From assembly GCF_963921235.1 (NCBI RefSeq), contig NC_086109.1:34288001-34352000 (forward strand): a DNA stretch of 64,000 bases. Direction: 5' to 3'. The number at the start of each line of letters is the position of its first letter. The first letter of the stretch is position 1. Below, piece by piece: positions 63,440 to 64,000 of this stretch. The stretch comes from Mobula hypostoma. Lineage: Eukaryota. Below the pieces are notes generated by a model. It was given only the letters and a program-made list of their open reading frames with translations. It was not told where the DNA came from and did not search any database. The translations under genes and the position numbers were made by a program.

Positions 63440-63945
63440 ATTACTTGCATTCCATTGTATTAAGGTTATGGTTACAGATCCCACAACCTGCCTGGGCCTT
63501 AGGGGCACAGTACAGATGAGCACTGCACCAGTTGCCTCCATCTCTCATGGTTGTGGGTGAGTGTCTGGGTTGCGGCAAAGCTCGCTCTGGTCCTGTCTGC
63601 CCATTTCTTCTTCTTTCTGTCCCTTTTTCTTTTTCCCTGCACCGTTCCCTGAAGGATGGTCTTTCCAAGTTCACTTGATCTTGTTATGTGGCCATTCCAT
63701 CTCAGTTTCCTCCTCTCTACTGTGAGCAGTGGATCTTTGTAGCGTCTCATGTGCTGGGTGATGGTTCTATGCACTTCATCATTTGAGACATGGTCTGTAT
63801 AGGAGGTGCTGAGCAGCCTTCGGAAGCATCTCATTTCTACTGCCTGGATCTCCTTTTGCAGTTCTGCTGTCAAAGTCCATGACTGGCATGCATACAAGAA
63901 GATGGAAAGCACAAGTGCATGCAGGAGTTTCAACCTGGATCATAC
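63440..63945 (-). mobile_element. RTE-clade LINE 3' fragment (different family from 4874-7141)
   Basis: LVLSIFLYACQSWTL..EMRCFRRLL..RKLRWNGHITR..ILQGTVQGKRKR. Confidence 0.88.
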
Positions 63946-64000
63946 TAAGTATGAACATGTTTTTGTATTCTCATTAATTCCCCCCCGCCATTGGATAATA

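Noticed and set aside
44074..64000. Search for ITPR3 exon 3 (DCLFKVCPMNRYSAQKQ..)
   Set aside because: No matching coding sequence found by eye; presumably downstream of the window.

Overview
Eukaryotic vertebrate genomic DNA, most likely a cartilaginous fish (shark/ray); this is inferred from the HER1/CR1-type LINEs, HE1/V-type SINEs, Rex1/Babar LINEs and MER6-like Penelope repeats. The only host gene I can support is the 5' end of ITPR3 (inositol 1,4,5-trisphosphate receptor type 3) on the + strand. It has a CpG-rich promoter (~23.6-24.3 kb), coding exon 1 (24292-24380, [30 protein letters not shown]) and exon 2 (44003-44073, [23 protein letters not shown]). I did not find exon 3, so it probably lies beyond the window. 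Most of the rest is a mosaic of transposon relics: CR1, Rex1/Babar, RTE, an R4/Dong-like LINE, Penelope-like elements, several SINEs, and mariner, Tc1 and hAT derivatives. Almost all ORFs in the supplied track are TE fragments or noise. The most interesting signals are: (1) a minimal type-I hammerhead ribozyme motif in the Penelope terminal repeat, also present as tiny 89-170 bp TSD-flanked insertions whose 5' ends cluster at the ribozyme core; (2) an RTE LINE and a tRNA-SINE that share the same palindromic 3' end; (3) long, near-perfect hairpins in ITPR3 intron 2; (4) a palindromic mariner MITE built from transposase C-termini; (5) a hAT derivative with a Kozak ATG, a zinc-finger exon and a splice donor; (6) a candidate alternative ITPR3 first exon. 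TE boundaries without TSDs are approximate, and family names come from recognised motifs, not database searches.
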